From positions 1 to 64,000 of the forward strand of contig JBGSVZ010000038.1 in NCBI GenBank assembly GCA_041752695.1: a DNA stretch of 64,000 nt, written 5' to 3'. A program made the position numbers and the translations under genes. Source of the stretch: Terrimicrobiaceae bacterium. GTDB taxonomy: Bacteria > Verrucomicrobiota > Verrucomicrobiia > Chthoniobacterales > Terrimicrobiaceae. Shown here piece after piece: positions 39,122 through 47,377 of the stretch. Below the pieces are notes generated by a model that saw only the letters and a program-made list of their open reading frames with translations, was not told the origin of the DNA and did no database searches. Numbering within the stretch: position 1 is the stretch's first letter; every line of letters begins with the position of its first letter.

Positions 39122-40201
39122 ATGCAAACATCCCACGTCAAACTCTTCATCCCGGGGCCCATCGAGGTTTCGGAAAAAACCTACCGAGCCCTCTGCGAGC
39201 CCATGATTGGCCACCGCAGCAACGATTTCAAAGCGCTCTATGCCGGCATCCAGCCGAAACTGCAGACGCTTTTCGGCACGACCCGCCCGGTTTTTCTTTC
39301 CACGTCCTCCGCCTGGGGGGTGATGGAAGGTGCCATCCGCAACCTCGTGGCCAAGAAGGTTCTGAACTGCATGTGCGGCGCGTTTTCGGACAAGTGGCTC
39401 GACGTGAGCAAACGCTGCGGGGTCCAGGCCGACGGACTCCAGGTCGAATGGGGTCAGCCCATTCTGCCCGCCCAGATTGAGGAAAAGCTTGCCACGGGCG
39501 AATATGACGCGCTCACCCTCATTCACAACGAAACCTCCTGCGGCGTGCGCAACCCGCTCGCGGAAATCGCAGCAGTGATGAAAAAATTCCCCGACGTGAT
39601 GTTCATCGTGGACACCGTGTCGTCATTTTCCACCGAACCGATTCCCATGGACGTACTCGGCATCGATGTGCTTCTCACCGGCAGTCAGAAAGCCCTTGCC
39701 CTCCCTCCCGGCCTGGCCCTCTTTGCCGTCTCGGAACGTGCCATGGCCCGGGCGAAGACGATCGAAGGCCGCGGGTATTATTTCGATTTTGTGGAATTTG
39801 CCAAAAACCAGGCTGACGACATGACTCCCAGCACGCCGGCGATTCCGCATATTTACGCCCTGCGCTCGAAGCTCGCCGACATCTTCGAGGAAGGCGTGGA
39901 AGCCCGCCACGCGCGTCACGCCAAGCTCAACGCCCTCGTGGCCGAATGGGTGCGGGCGAAGGGATTCGAGTTCTTTGCGCCGGAAGGTTATCGCTCCGTC
40001 TCACTCACCTGCGTGAAAAATAACCGCGAGGTGGATGTCGCGGCGTGGATCAAACGCCTCCGCGAAAAATACCGCATGGTGATTGATGGCGGTTACGGCA
40101 AGTTGAAAGGCAAGACTTTCCGCATTTCCAACATGGGTGACGAAACCGAGGAGACGATGCGGGAATTGCTCGCGGCCTTGGACGACACGATGGAGGGCTA
40201 A
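39122..40201 (+). CDS. Class V (alanine-glyoxylate-type) aminotransferase
   Basis: LFIPGP, GHRS, HNETS, VDTVSS, GSQKALALPPG, FRISNMG. Confidence 0.92.
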   Translation: MQTSHVKLFIPGPIEVSEKTYRALCEPMIGHRSNDFKALYAGIQPKLQTLFGTTRPVFLSTSSAWGVMEGAIRNLVAKKVLNCMCGAFSDKWLDVSKRCGVQADGLQVEWGQPILPAQIEEKLATGEYDALTLIHNETSCGVRNPLAEIAAVMKKFPDVMFIVDTVSSFSTEPIPMDVLGIDVLLTGSQKALALPPGLALFAVSERAMARAKTIEGRGYYFDFVEFAKNQADDMTPSTPAIPHIYALRSKLADIFEEGVEARHARHAKLNALVAEWVRAKGFEFFAPEGYRSVSLTCVKNNREVDVAAWIKRLREKYRMVIDGGYGKLKGKTFRISNMGDETEETMRELLAALDDTMEG

Positions 40202-40205
40202 GGAA

Positions 40206-40237
40206 AGAAGCGGAGAAGGGGAGAAGCGGGGAGGGGG
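40206..40237. repeat. Degenerate octamer tandem repeat
   Basis: AGAAGCGG AGAAGGGG AGAAGCGG GGAGGGGG, with a partly complementary pyrimidine tract downstream. Confidence 0.5.
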
Positions 40238-40270
40238 GGCGAACTTCCATCCCCTTCCCCGCGCGAGTCC

Positions 40271-41152
40271 TTATTTCCAGCGCTGCAGCGACTCGTCGTG
40301 GAGATGGCGCTTGCGCAGGCGGGTGGTCACGACGCCATATTTTGGGCTGAATAAATACGCGCTCAGAAACACCACGCCCAGCACCAGGACAATGGCGGGG
40401 CCGGAAGGGATGTCCGCCCAAAAGGAAACCAGTAATCCCACCATCGCTCCGGCCGCGCCCAGACAACCGCCACCCCACGACATAGCCGGATACGAATCAG
40501 AGATCAGATAAATCGTGGCCGCCGGCAGGATCATCAGGCCCAGCGAAAGCAGCACCCCGATGGCCTGCAAGGAAGTCACCATCGTCAGCACGATCAGGAG
40601 AACCAGTAGGCCAAGGAGGAGGCCGACTTTCACCCCCTGCGTTTGCGCGACGGAGGGCTCGAAGATGGCCAGCAGAATGGGTCGGTGCAGCAAGGTGAGT
40701 GTGAGCAGCACAAGCACGCCCACCCCGTAGCTGATCCAAAGATCCGTGTCGCCAATGCCGAGGATGTTACCGAAAAGAAAATGATCCAGGCTCACTTTCA
40801 CATGGGCGTATTTGATGATCCCGATGCCGATGGCCAGGGCGATAATATAGAGGGAGGCGATGGCCGTCTCATCCTTGATCCGCGAACTCCGCGCAATCAG
40901 ATGCCCGCCCAGCGCGACAAAAATCGCGGCGAGCAATCCGCCGAGGAGAAGCCCCACGGGATTTAGCCCGACGACGATCGCGGCGATGGCTAGTCCGGGC
41001 AGGAGCGAATGAGACAGGGCGTCCGCCATTAGCGCCAATCGGCGCAGCACGACAAACGCCCCCAGAAACCCATTGGTAAACCCAATCACCGCACAGGCCA
41101 CGAGCGCCCGCTGCATAAACTCGTACTGAAAGGGTTCGAGCAGCCAGTTCAT
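40271..41152 (-). CDS. Zn/Mn ABC transporter permease
   Basis: FMQRAL, DALSHSLLPG, LFGNILGI, PSGPAIV. Confidence 0.93.
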   Translation of the reverse strand: MNWLLEPFQYEFMQRALVACAVIGFTNGFLGAFVVLRRLALMADALSHSLLPGLAIAAIVVGLNPVGLLLGGLLAAIFVALGGHLIARSSRIKDETAIASLYIIALAIGIGIIKYAHVKVSLDHFLFGNILGIGDTDLWISYGVGVLVLLTLTLLHRPILLAIFEPSVAQTQGVKVGLLLGLLVLLIVLTMVTSLQAIGVLLSLGLMILPAATIYLISDSYPAMSWGGGCLGAAGAMVGLLVSFWADIPSGPAIVLVLGVVFLSAYLFSPKYGVVTTRLRKRHLHDESLQRWK

Positions 41153-41170
41153 GACGCAGCGCCTCCGGCA

Positions 41171-41205
41171 AACATCAAACATCTGAAATCAACCATCAAA
41201 AATTC
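41171..41205. repeat. Heptamer tandem repeat (xxxATCx, 5 copies)
   Basis: AACATCA AACATCT GAAATCA ACCATCA AAAATTC. Confidence 0.6.
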
Positions 41206-41207
41206 CA

Positions 41208-41936
41208 TCAGTGCTGGTGGCTCCCGGAAAAAATCTGCGTCGCAAAGGTGCGGGCGATGTTGGCCTCGGTGAATATTTCCGCGGTGTCTCCGCAAGCCAC
41301 CAATTCCCCATTGATCAGGAGCACTTGGTCGAAAATGTCGGGCACGCTTTTCAGGTCGTGATGAGAGGCAATCACCAGCTTGCCGGCGGCGCGGAGGTGA
41401 TTGAGGGCCTTGACCAGAGCCTCCTGGGCGTTGCGGTCGAGGCCGGTGAAGGGTTCGTCGAGCAAATAGATGTGCGCTTTTTGCGCCCAGGCCCGGGCCA
41501 GAAATGCCCTCTGCTGCTGGCCGCCCGAGAGTGCCTTGATTTGCCGTCCCGCGAACTCGGCGAGTTCGGAAACCCGCAGCGCGTCCTCGACGATGGCGTC
41601 ATCCTGCGCCGTGAAGCGTCCCCACAGCCCGAGGTCCGGGTAGCGCCCCATCTCCACCAAGGCGCGCACTGTAATAGGAAAATCCCAGTCCACCGCCTCG
41701 CGCTGGGGCACGTAAGCGACGGCGGAATTTTCTCCCGCATGGTCTCCGGTGAGGATGCGCCCGGTTTCAATCGGCATCAGTCCCGCAATGGCCTTGAGCA
41801 ACGTGGTTTTGCCAGCGCCATTCGGCCCAATCAGCCCCACCGCCGAGCCGCAACCCAGCGTCACGTTCAAGTGATGCACCGCCGGGATGCGGTTGTAGGA
41901 AACGGTGAGGTCTTCGATGACGAGATGATGATTCAT
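41208..41936 (-). CDS. Zn/Mn ABC transporter ATP-binding protein
   Basis: GPNGAGKT, YVPQR..DWDFP, LSGGQQQR, LLDEPF. Confidence 0.94.
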   Translation of the reverse strand: MNHHLVIEDLTVSYNRIPAVHHLNVTLGCGSAVGLIGPNGAGKTTLLKAIAGLMPIETGRILTGDHAGENSAVAYVPQREAVDWDFPITVRALVEMGRYPDLGLWGRFTAQDDAIVEDALRVSELAEFAGRQIKALSGGQQQRAFLARAWAQKAHIYLLDEPFTGLDRNAQEALVKALNHLRAAGKLVIASHHDLKSVPDIFDQVLLINGELVACGDTAEIFTEANIARTFATQIFSGSHQH

Positions 41937-42346
41937 GGCTTGGGCAAGACGATCACATCTGTCGTTTCCGATTCGCCCCAAAGCGTTGCGTCCGCGAGCG
42001 TTTCGCCATCTTGCGAAATTTGAAATCGTGCCGCGTGGTCCGCTCCGTCCGACCACGTGACCTTCGCGACCAATTCGCAGCCAGCCGCGGGCAAGTCCAA
42101 GGCCTGCTCGAATCGGGTGGCAGCCGCTCCGCTTTGCCAGAGCATCTGGCCCGCGGCGGACAAAACGACTTGCGCCGGGGCCGTCGAGGTGACGGTGAGG
42201 TCCACGGCCAGACGTTCCGCGGGCTTCGCCTCCGCCTTCGTTTCCACGGCATAACTATGCGGCCGGGTGAGCGACCAGACGGGAATTCCCGCCAGCGCCA
42301 GAGCGACGGCTAGAAAAAGGGCATGAAGCAACGGAGAGCCTCGCAT
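41933..42346 (-). CDS. Hypothetical membrane-anchored protein inside the ABC operon
   Basis: N-terminal TM, beta-rich remainder; stop overlaps the ATPase start. Confidence 0.75.
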   Translation of the reverse strand: MRGSPLLHALFLAVALALAGIPVWSLTRPHSYAVETKAEAKPAERLAVDLTVTSTAPAQVVLSAAGQMLWQSGAAATRFEQALDLPAAGCELVAKVTWSDGADHAARFQISQDGETLADATLWGESETTDVIVLPKP

Positions 42347-42352
42347 GGTGGA

Positions 42353-42394
42353 AATGACTACTGACCAATGACCAATGACTATTGACCTATGACG
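42353..42394. repeat. Heptamer tandem repeat (xxTGACx, 6 copies; STRR2-like)
   Basis: AATGACT ACTGACC AATGACC AATGACT ATTGACC TATGACG. Confidence 0.8.
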
Positions 42395-42396
42395 AA

Positions 42397-43299
42397 CTAC
42401 TCCAGCGCCTTCACGATGGACTGGACATTGTGGCGGATCATCGCGTCGTAGGTGTCGGCCTCCGTCGTTCCGAGTCCGTCGGCGTACAAGGTGCCACCGA
42501 GCCGGGCGCCGGTTTCCTTGGTGATTTCCCCAAGCACCTTGGGGTTCTCGATGTTTTCAGCAAAAATGGCCTTCACGCCCTCCGCCTTGATTTCGGCGAT
42601 CAGTTCGCGAATCCGTTTCGAAGAAGGCTGGTCTCCCGTGCTGACTCCTTCGACCGGGTGGATTTCAAACCCATAGTCCCTCGCAAAATAGCCGAGGGCG
42701 TCATGGGATGTCACCAGTACCCGACGATCTTTGGGCAAACGGGCGATTTCGATTTTGGCCCACTTGGCGAGTTCGTCGAGTTTCGCGAGATAGACCTTCG
42801 CGTTGGCCTCGAAGACGGCTTTGTCCGACGGATCCGCCGCGACAAACGCATCGCGAATCACTCGGGTCGCGACCTTGGCGTTGGCAATGCTGTGCCACCA
42901 ATGGGGATCCGCCATCTTCCCATGCTCGCCGTTGGAATGTCCGTGATCATGCCCAGCGTGATCTTCGTCCACCATGATCGGCTTGATGGAGTCTCCCACC
43001 ACAACAAACACCGGACCCCGCCCGACCGACGCGCGTAATTTGTCCAGATAGCCCTCAAAACCCAGGCCACTGCCCAGGATGACCTGCGCATCGCTGAGTT
43101 TTTTGATGTCCCCGGGCGAAGGCTGGAAATCATGGGGGTCAATTCCCGGCTTGATGATATCGGTCACTTCCACCCGGTCGCCCCCAACATTCTGCGCAAT
43201 ATCCGTCAGTACAGTGCTCAGCGACGCCACGGTCAGCTTGTCCCCCGCATGGGTCAGTGAAGCCCAGCCCAAGAGAAAAAAAGTAAATGCAAACCTCAT
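42397..43299 (-). CDS. Zn/Mn ABC transporter substrate-binding protein
   Basis: DPHDF, His-rich loop DHAGHDHGH, DPHWW, TSHDALGYF, LYADGL. Confidence 0.93.
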   Translation of the reverse strand: MRFAFTFFLLGWASLTHAGDKLTVASLSTVLTDIAQNVGGDRVEVTDIIKPGIDPHDFQPSPGDIKKLSDAQVILGSGLGFEGYLDKLRASVGRGPVFVVVGDSIKPIMVDEDHAGHDHGHSNGEHGKMADPHWWHSIANAKVATRVIRDAFVAADPSDKAVFEANAKVYLAKLDELAKWAKIEIARLPKDRRVLVTSHDALGYFARDYGFEIHPVEGVSTGDQPSSKRIRELIAEIKAEGVKAIFAENIENPKVLGEITKETGARLGGTLYADGLGTTEADTYDAMIRHNVQSIVKALE

Positions 43300-43329
43300 G
43301 CAGGAAGATTGCGTGAAGTGTTTTCGAAA

Positions 43330-43344
43330 TGCAATCCTTTTGCA
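43330..43344. promoter_or_regulatory. Zur/Fur-family-like operator
   Basis: TGCAA-N5-TTGCA palindrome 30 nt upstream of the metal-binding protein start. Confidence 0.55.
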
Positions 43345-43433
43345 GAAAGAGATTCGGCGAAGAGTGACGACCGCAGGCGTGCCTCTTCGGTTTTTTGATT
43401 CAAAGACCATTCGGTTTCCGATAGTCTCAAGGG

Positions 43434-43802
43434 ATGGATCCTCGTGTCGTCAAACCCAACACTCCTCCCCGTGTCATTGTGGCTGCCGTCCTGATTGCGC
43501 TCTTTGTCCTGGGTTTCATTTTATTCGCTGTTTTCCAGAGCGGTCGCAGCATCACCGACGCGCGGATGCGGGGGATTGTCGTGGCCAAAGAATTTACTCC
43601 TCAGCCTGAGCGCCAAATCATTCTGGGCCGGGAGGGCAGCGTCAGCGCGCGCAACCAGGAAGGGGAATATCTTCTCAAAGTTGAGGTCACCCAGACCGAC
43701 GGCAGCAAGGAAATCTACGATGTCTGGATTCAGAAAAAGGAACAATATGATGGGATCAAGATTGGTGATTCCTTCGACGTTGGACCTTATTTGGTGAGGT
43801 AA
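43434..43802 (+). CDS. Hypothetical single-TM protein
   Basis: TM followed by a small beta domain (GIVVAKEF...GDSFDVGP). Confidence 0.75.
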   Translation: MDPRVVKPNTPPRVIVAAVLIALFVLGFILFAVFQSGRSITDARMRGIVVAKEFTPQPERQIILGREGSVSARNQEGEYLLKVEVTQTDGSKEIYDVWIQKKEQYDGIKIGDSFDVGPYLVR

Positions 43803-43875
43803 AAAAATTTGAACGCACCGCACCCGGCGCTGTCTTAGGTGTAAATACATTGTCAATTCATCCCATCCTTTATTC

Positions 43876-44865
43876 ATGAGTGTCCTTACCCAACAAGCCA
43901 ATGAGCAAGTCCAGGAAGCCCGCCAATGGGTTGACCCCCTGATTTCGGAAGTCAGCAAAGTCGTCGTCGGTCAAAAGAAACTCGTCCACCGACTGATCAC
44001 CGGACTGCTTTGCAATGGCCACGTTCTCCTGGAAGGCGTGCCCGGGCTGGCGAAGACGCTGACCGTGCGTACTTTGGCGTCCTGCATTCGCACGGGGTTT
44101 CAGCGGCTGCAGTTCACTCCGGACCTTCTGCCTGCCGACTTGATCGGCACCCTGATTTACAACCCTCGTGATGGCGAATTTGCCACCAAGCTGGGCCCCA
44201 TTTTTTCCAATCTTATTCTGGCGGACGAAATCAATCGCGCTCCCGCCAAGGTCCAGAGTGCCTTGCTCGAAGCGATGCAGGAGCGGCAGGTGACCATTAG
44301 TGATACGACCTATCCGCTGCCCGATCCGTTCCTGGTTCTGGCCACGCAAAACCCGATTGAGCAGGAGGGAACCTATCAGCTTCCCGAAGCGCAACTCGAC
44401 CGTTTCATGCTCAAGGTGCATGTCGGTTATCCCACGCGGGAGGAAGAGCGCGGCATCCTCGATGCCATGGCAACCTCTGCCCCGCGGTTGGAGGTGCAGG
44501 CCGTGGTTGCACCGGAGGACATTATTCACTCCCGCAGTGTGGTGAATTCCATCTATGTGGATGACCGTGTGAAGGATTATATTGTCAATATCGTCTGGGC
44601 GACCCGCGACCCCGCCGCTTACAAACTTAAGCTCGACGGACTCATTCGCTACGGTGCCTCGCCCCGTGCCACGATCTTCCTCACGCTCGCCGCCAAGGCC
44701 CAGGCCTTCATGGCGGGCCGGGGATATGTCACGCCGCAGGATGTCAAATCCATCGGGCTCGACGTGCTTCGCCACCGCATCGGCGTGACTTATGAGGCCG
44801 AGGCCGAATCCGTCACCAGCGAATCCATCGTGGAGAAGATTTTCGCCGGACTTCCCGTTCCTTAA
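43876..44865 (+). CDS. moxR: MoxR family AAA+ ATPase
   Basis: LEGVPGLAKT, QFTPDLLPAD, ADEINRAPAKVQSALLEAM, ATQNP, GASPRA. Confidence 0.95.
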   Translation: MSVLTQQANEQVQEARQWVDPLISEVSKVVVGQKKLVHRLITGLLCNGHVLLEGVPGLAKTLTVRTLASCIRTGFQRLQFTPDLLPADLIGTLIYNPRDGEFATKLGPIFSNLILADEINRAPAKVQSALLEAMQERQVTISDTTYPLPDPFLVLATQNPIEQEGTYQLPEAQLDRFMLKVHVGYPTREEERGILDAMATSAPRLEVQAVVAPEDIIHSRSVVNSIYVDDRVKDYIVNIVWATRDPAAYKLKLDGLIRYGASPRATIFLTLAAKAQAFMAGRGYVTPQDVKSIGLDVLRHRIGVTYEAEAESVTSESIVEKIFAGLPVP

Positions 44866-44907
44866 TTGCTAATAGGCTCGGCGGCTTGTCTTCCTTTCGC
44901 CGTCAAC

Positions 44908-44933
44908 GGCGCGTTGGGACAACGCGCCCTGCC
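44908..44933 (-). repeat. REP-like palindrome
   Basis: Minus strand GGCAG-GGCGCGTTG-TCC-CAACGCGCC. Confidence 0.5.
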
Positions 44934-44949
44934 ATTTGAAAACTAAGTC

Positions 44950-45837
44950 ATGACAAGAGATCCTCAAGAGATCCTTAAAAAGATCCGCCGTCTCGAATTG
45001 CGCACGCGGCGTCTGGTGAACTCCTCGTTTGCCGGGCAGTACCACAGCGTGTTCAAGGGCCGGGGGATGAATTTTGAGGAGGTCCGGGAATACAATCCGG
45101 GCGACGAGATCCGGTCCATCGACTGGAACGTGACGGCGCGGATGAACACGCCGTATGTGAAAAAGTATACGGAGGAACGGGAGTTGACCGTGATGCTGCT
45201 GGTGGATGTGAGCGCTTCGGGGACCTATGGCAGTGTCGAACTGAGCAAGCGCGAACTCGCTGCCGAAGTCGCCGCCATTCTCGCTTTCAGCGCCATCAAT
45301 AATAACGACAAGGTGGGTTTGCTGTTGTTCTCCGACGAGGTGGAGCTTTTCATTCCGCCCAAAAAGGGCCGACTGCACACCCTCCGGCTCATCCGCGAGA
45401 TGCTTTATTTTGAGCCGAAAGGGAAAGGGACCAATCTGGGTGTCGCCCTGGAGTATCTCAATAAGGTGTTGGGTCGTCGCTCCGTGGTATTTATCATTTC
45501 GGATTTTATCGCGCCCGACTATACGACGCCCTTCACCGTGGCCAGTCGCCGTCACGACATCGTGGCAATGCCGGTGATTGATCCGGGTGAGGAAGTGCTG
45601 CCCGACGTGGGACTGATCACCTTCGAGGATGCGGAAACCGGCGAACAAATCGAAATCAACACCTCGCGTCAGTCGGTCCGTGACGACTTTGCCGAGGCGG
45701 AAGAAATTCGCCGCAAGGATCTCGAAAAGTTGTTTGGCTCCCGGGGCGTGGATGTCGTGCCTCTGGCGACGGACAAAGATTACCTGGTCGCGCTGCGTTC
45801 GTTTTTTGCGCGCCGGGAGAGGAGGATGGCAGCATGA
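44950..45837 (+). CDS. DUF58 domain protein
   Basis: FKGRGMNFEEVREY.PGDEIRSIDWNVTAR, DVSAS, IISDF. Confidence 0.92.
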   Translation: MTRDPQEILKKIRRLELRTRRLVNSSFAGQYHSVFKGRGMNFEEVREYNPGDEIRSIDWNVTARMNTPYVKKYTEERELTVMLLVDVSASGTYGSVELSKRELAAEVAAILAFSAINNNDKVGLLLFSDEVELFIPPKKGRLHTLRLIREMLYFEPKGKGTNLGVALEYLNKVLGRRSVVFIISDFIAPDYTTPFTVASRRHDIVAMPVIDPGEEVLPDVGLITFEDAETGEQIEINTSRQSVRDDFAEAEEIRRKDLEKLFGSRGVDVVPLATDKDYLVALRSFFARRERRMAA

Positions 45838-46358
45838 TGCCGACCCAGCCACCCCCCGCGGCAACGCCCGCGCCGATCCACGATATCGCCGGCCCGGTCT
45901 GGTTTTTTCCTTATCCGATGTGGATGGTGGTTGCTGCCGTCGCAGCGCTGCTCGTTTTCATCGGCCTGATCATCTGGCTGGTCCGCCGGGCCCGCCGGGC
46001 GCGGGCGCTCACGCCAACAGAGCGGGCACTGGCGGCTCTCACCGATCTGCGGCGCGAGGGCGGGGAGGCGGATCCTTATGCATTCGGCGTCAAGGTTTCT
46101 GATGCACTGCGCACGTATATTCGCGATCAACACGGGCTAGATGCCGTCACCCGCACGTCGCTGGAATTTCTGGCCGCTCTGCGGGAGAACGCGGCCTTCA
46201 CCGATAACGAGAAAGCCGCGCTGGCGGAGTTTTTGGAATCCGCGGACCTCCTGAAATACGCCCGGCAATCCGCCGGTGCCGAAGAAATTCAAACGCTGCT
46301 GTCCATCGCCGAGCGCCTGGTGCGCGGGGAACAGGCGGCCACCCTTCCTGTCAAATGA
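45834..46358 (+). CDS. Bat-operon membrane protein (DUF4381-like)
   Basis: IHDIAGP + TM; LRTYI, TSLEFL, DLLKYA. Confidence 0.75.
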   Translation: MMPTQPPPAATPAPIHDIAGPVWFFPYPMWMVVAAVAALLVFIGLIIWLVRRARRARALTPTERALAALTDLRREGGEADPYAFGVKVSDALRTYIRDQHGLDAVTRTSLEFLAALRENAAFTDNEKAALAEFLESADLLKYARQSAGAEEIQTLLSIAERLVRGEQAATLPVK

Positions 46359-47377
46359 CCGAGTTTTTGCCATCGGGATTCAGCTTTGCCAACCCCTGGG
46401 TCTTGCTGCTGTTGCTTGTTCTGCCTGTTCTGGCCATCCTGAAAGGCCGCTTCGGAGGGACCGCAGGCATCACGTTTTCCACGACCGCTGCGCTGGCGAA
46501 GTTCGGTCAGCGCCGCCGCTCCCGGGCGGGCGCCTTGCTGGGATTACTGGCTCATCTGGCGATTGCCGCGCTTGTCATCGGACTGGCCCGCCCCCAACTG
46601 GGCCGCACCCTCACGAGGGTGCAGGCGAGCGGAGTTGATATCATGCTGGTGCTGGATGTTTCGCGGTCGATGCTGGCGGAGGATTTCACCATTGGCAGCC
46701 AGCGGGCGAATCGTCTGGAGGCGGTCAAGCAGGTGACGGAGGAATTCATTCGTCAGCGGCCCAATGACCGTATTGGCATCATGGCTTTTGCCGGCCGCCC
46801 TTATTTGGTCAGCCCGCTGACACTTGACCATGAGTGGCTGATCCGGAACCTGGAGCGCCTGCAGATCGGCATGGTGGAGGACGGCACGGCCATTGGTTCG
46901 GCCCTGGCGGCGGCGGCGAATCGTTTCAAGGATAAGACGACCAAAACCAAACTGATCGTGCTGCTGAGCGACGGTGACAACAACGCCGGACGAGTGACGC
47001 CCATCACAGCCGCCGAGGCGGCCAAGGCTCTCGGGATCAGGGTGTATACCATCGGCGCTGGCACAAATGGCCGTGCGGTGCCCTTTCCGTTTCAGGACCC
47101 GTTCGGCCGGACCGTTTATCAGAACATCCAAATGGAATTCAACGAGGGCACCCTCAAGGAAATCGCCTCGCTGACCAAGGGGCAGTATTTTTACGCCGGA
47201 GACACGGATGCCTTGGAAAAGACTTTCGGCGAAATTGACCAGATGGAAAAAACCAAAGTCGAGGTGGAAAAGACCGCCGACTACCGGGATTTGTTCCAGT
47301 GGTTTCTCGCCGCAGGCTTCGGCTTGCTTAGCCTCGAAACTCTCCTTTCTCAAACTGTATGGAAACGTCTTCCCTGA
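46355..47377 (+). CDS. batA: BatA-like VWA domain protein
   Basis: FANPW, LARPQ, MIDAS DVSRSM, DGTAIG, LSDG. Confidence 0.88.
   Translation: MTEFLPSGFSFANPWVLLLLLVLPVLAILKGRFGGTAGITFSTTAALAKFGQRRRSRAGALLGLLAHLAIAALVIGLARPQLGRTLTRVQASGVDIMLVLDVSRSMLAEDFTIGSQRANRLEAVKQVTEEFIRQRPNDRIGIMAFAGRPYLVSPLTLDHEWLIRNLERLQIGMVEDGTAIGSALAAAANRFKDKTTKTKLIVLLSDGDNNAGRVTPITAAEAAKALGIRVYTIGAGTNGRAVPFPFQDPFGRTVYQNIQMEFNEGTLKEIASLTKGQYFYAGDTDALEKTFGEIDQMEKTKVEVEKTADYRDLFQWFLAAGFGLLSLETLLSQTVWKRLP

Noticed and set aside
33705..39526. Long minus-strand ORFs (570, 542, 519 aa)
   Set aside because: Shadows of uvrA, the TPR gene and the aminotransferase in GC-rich DNA; no motifs.
42353..42394. Repeat array as CRISPR
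   Set aside because: 7-nt units without spacers; no cas genes.
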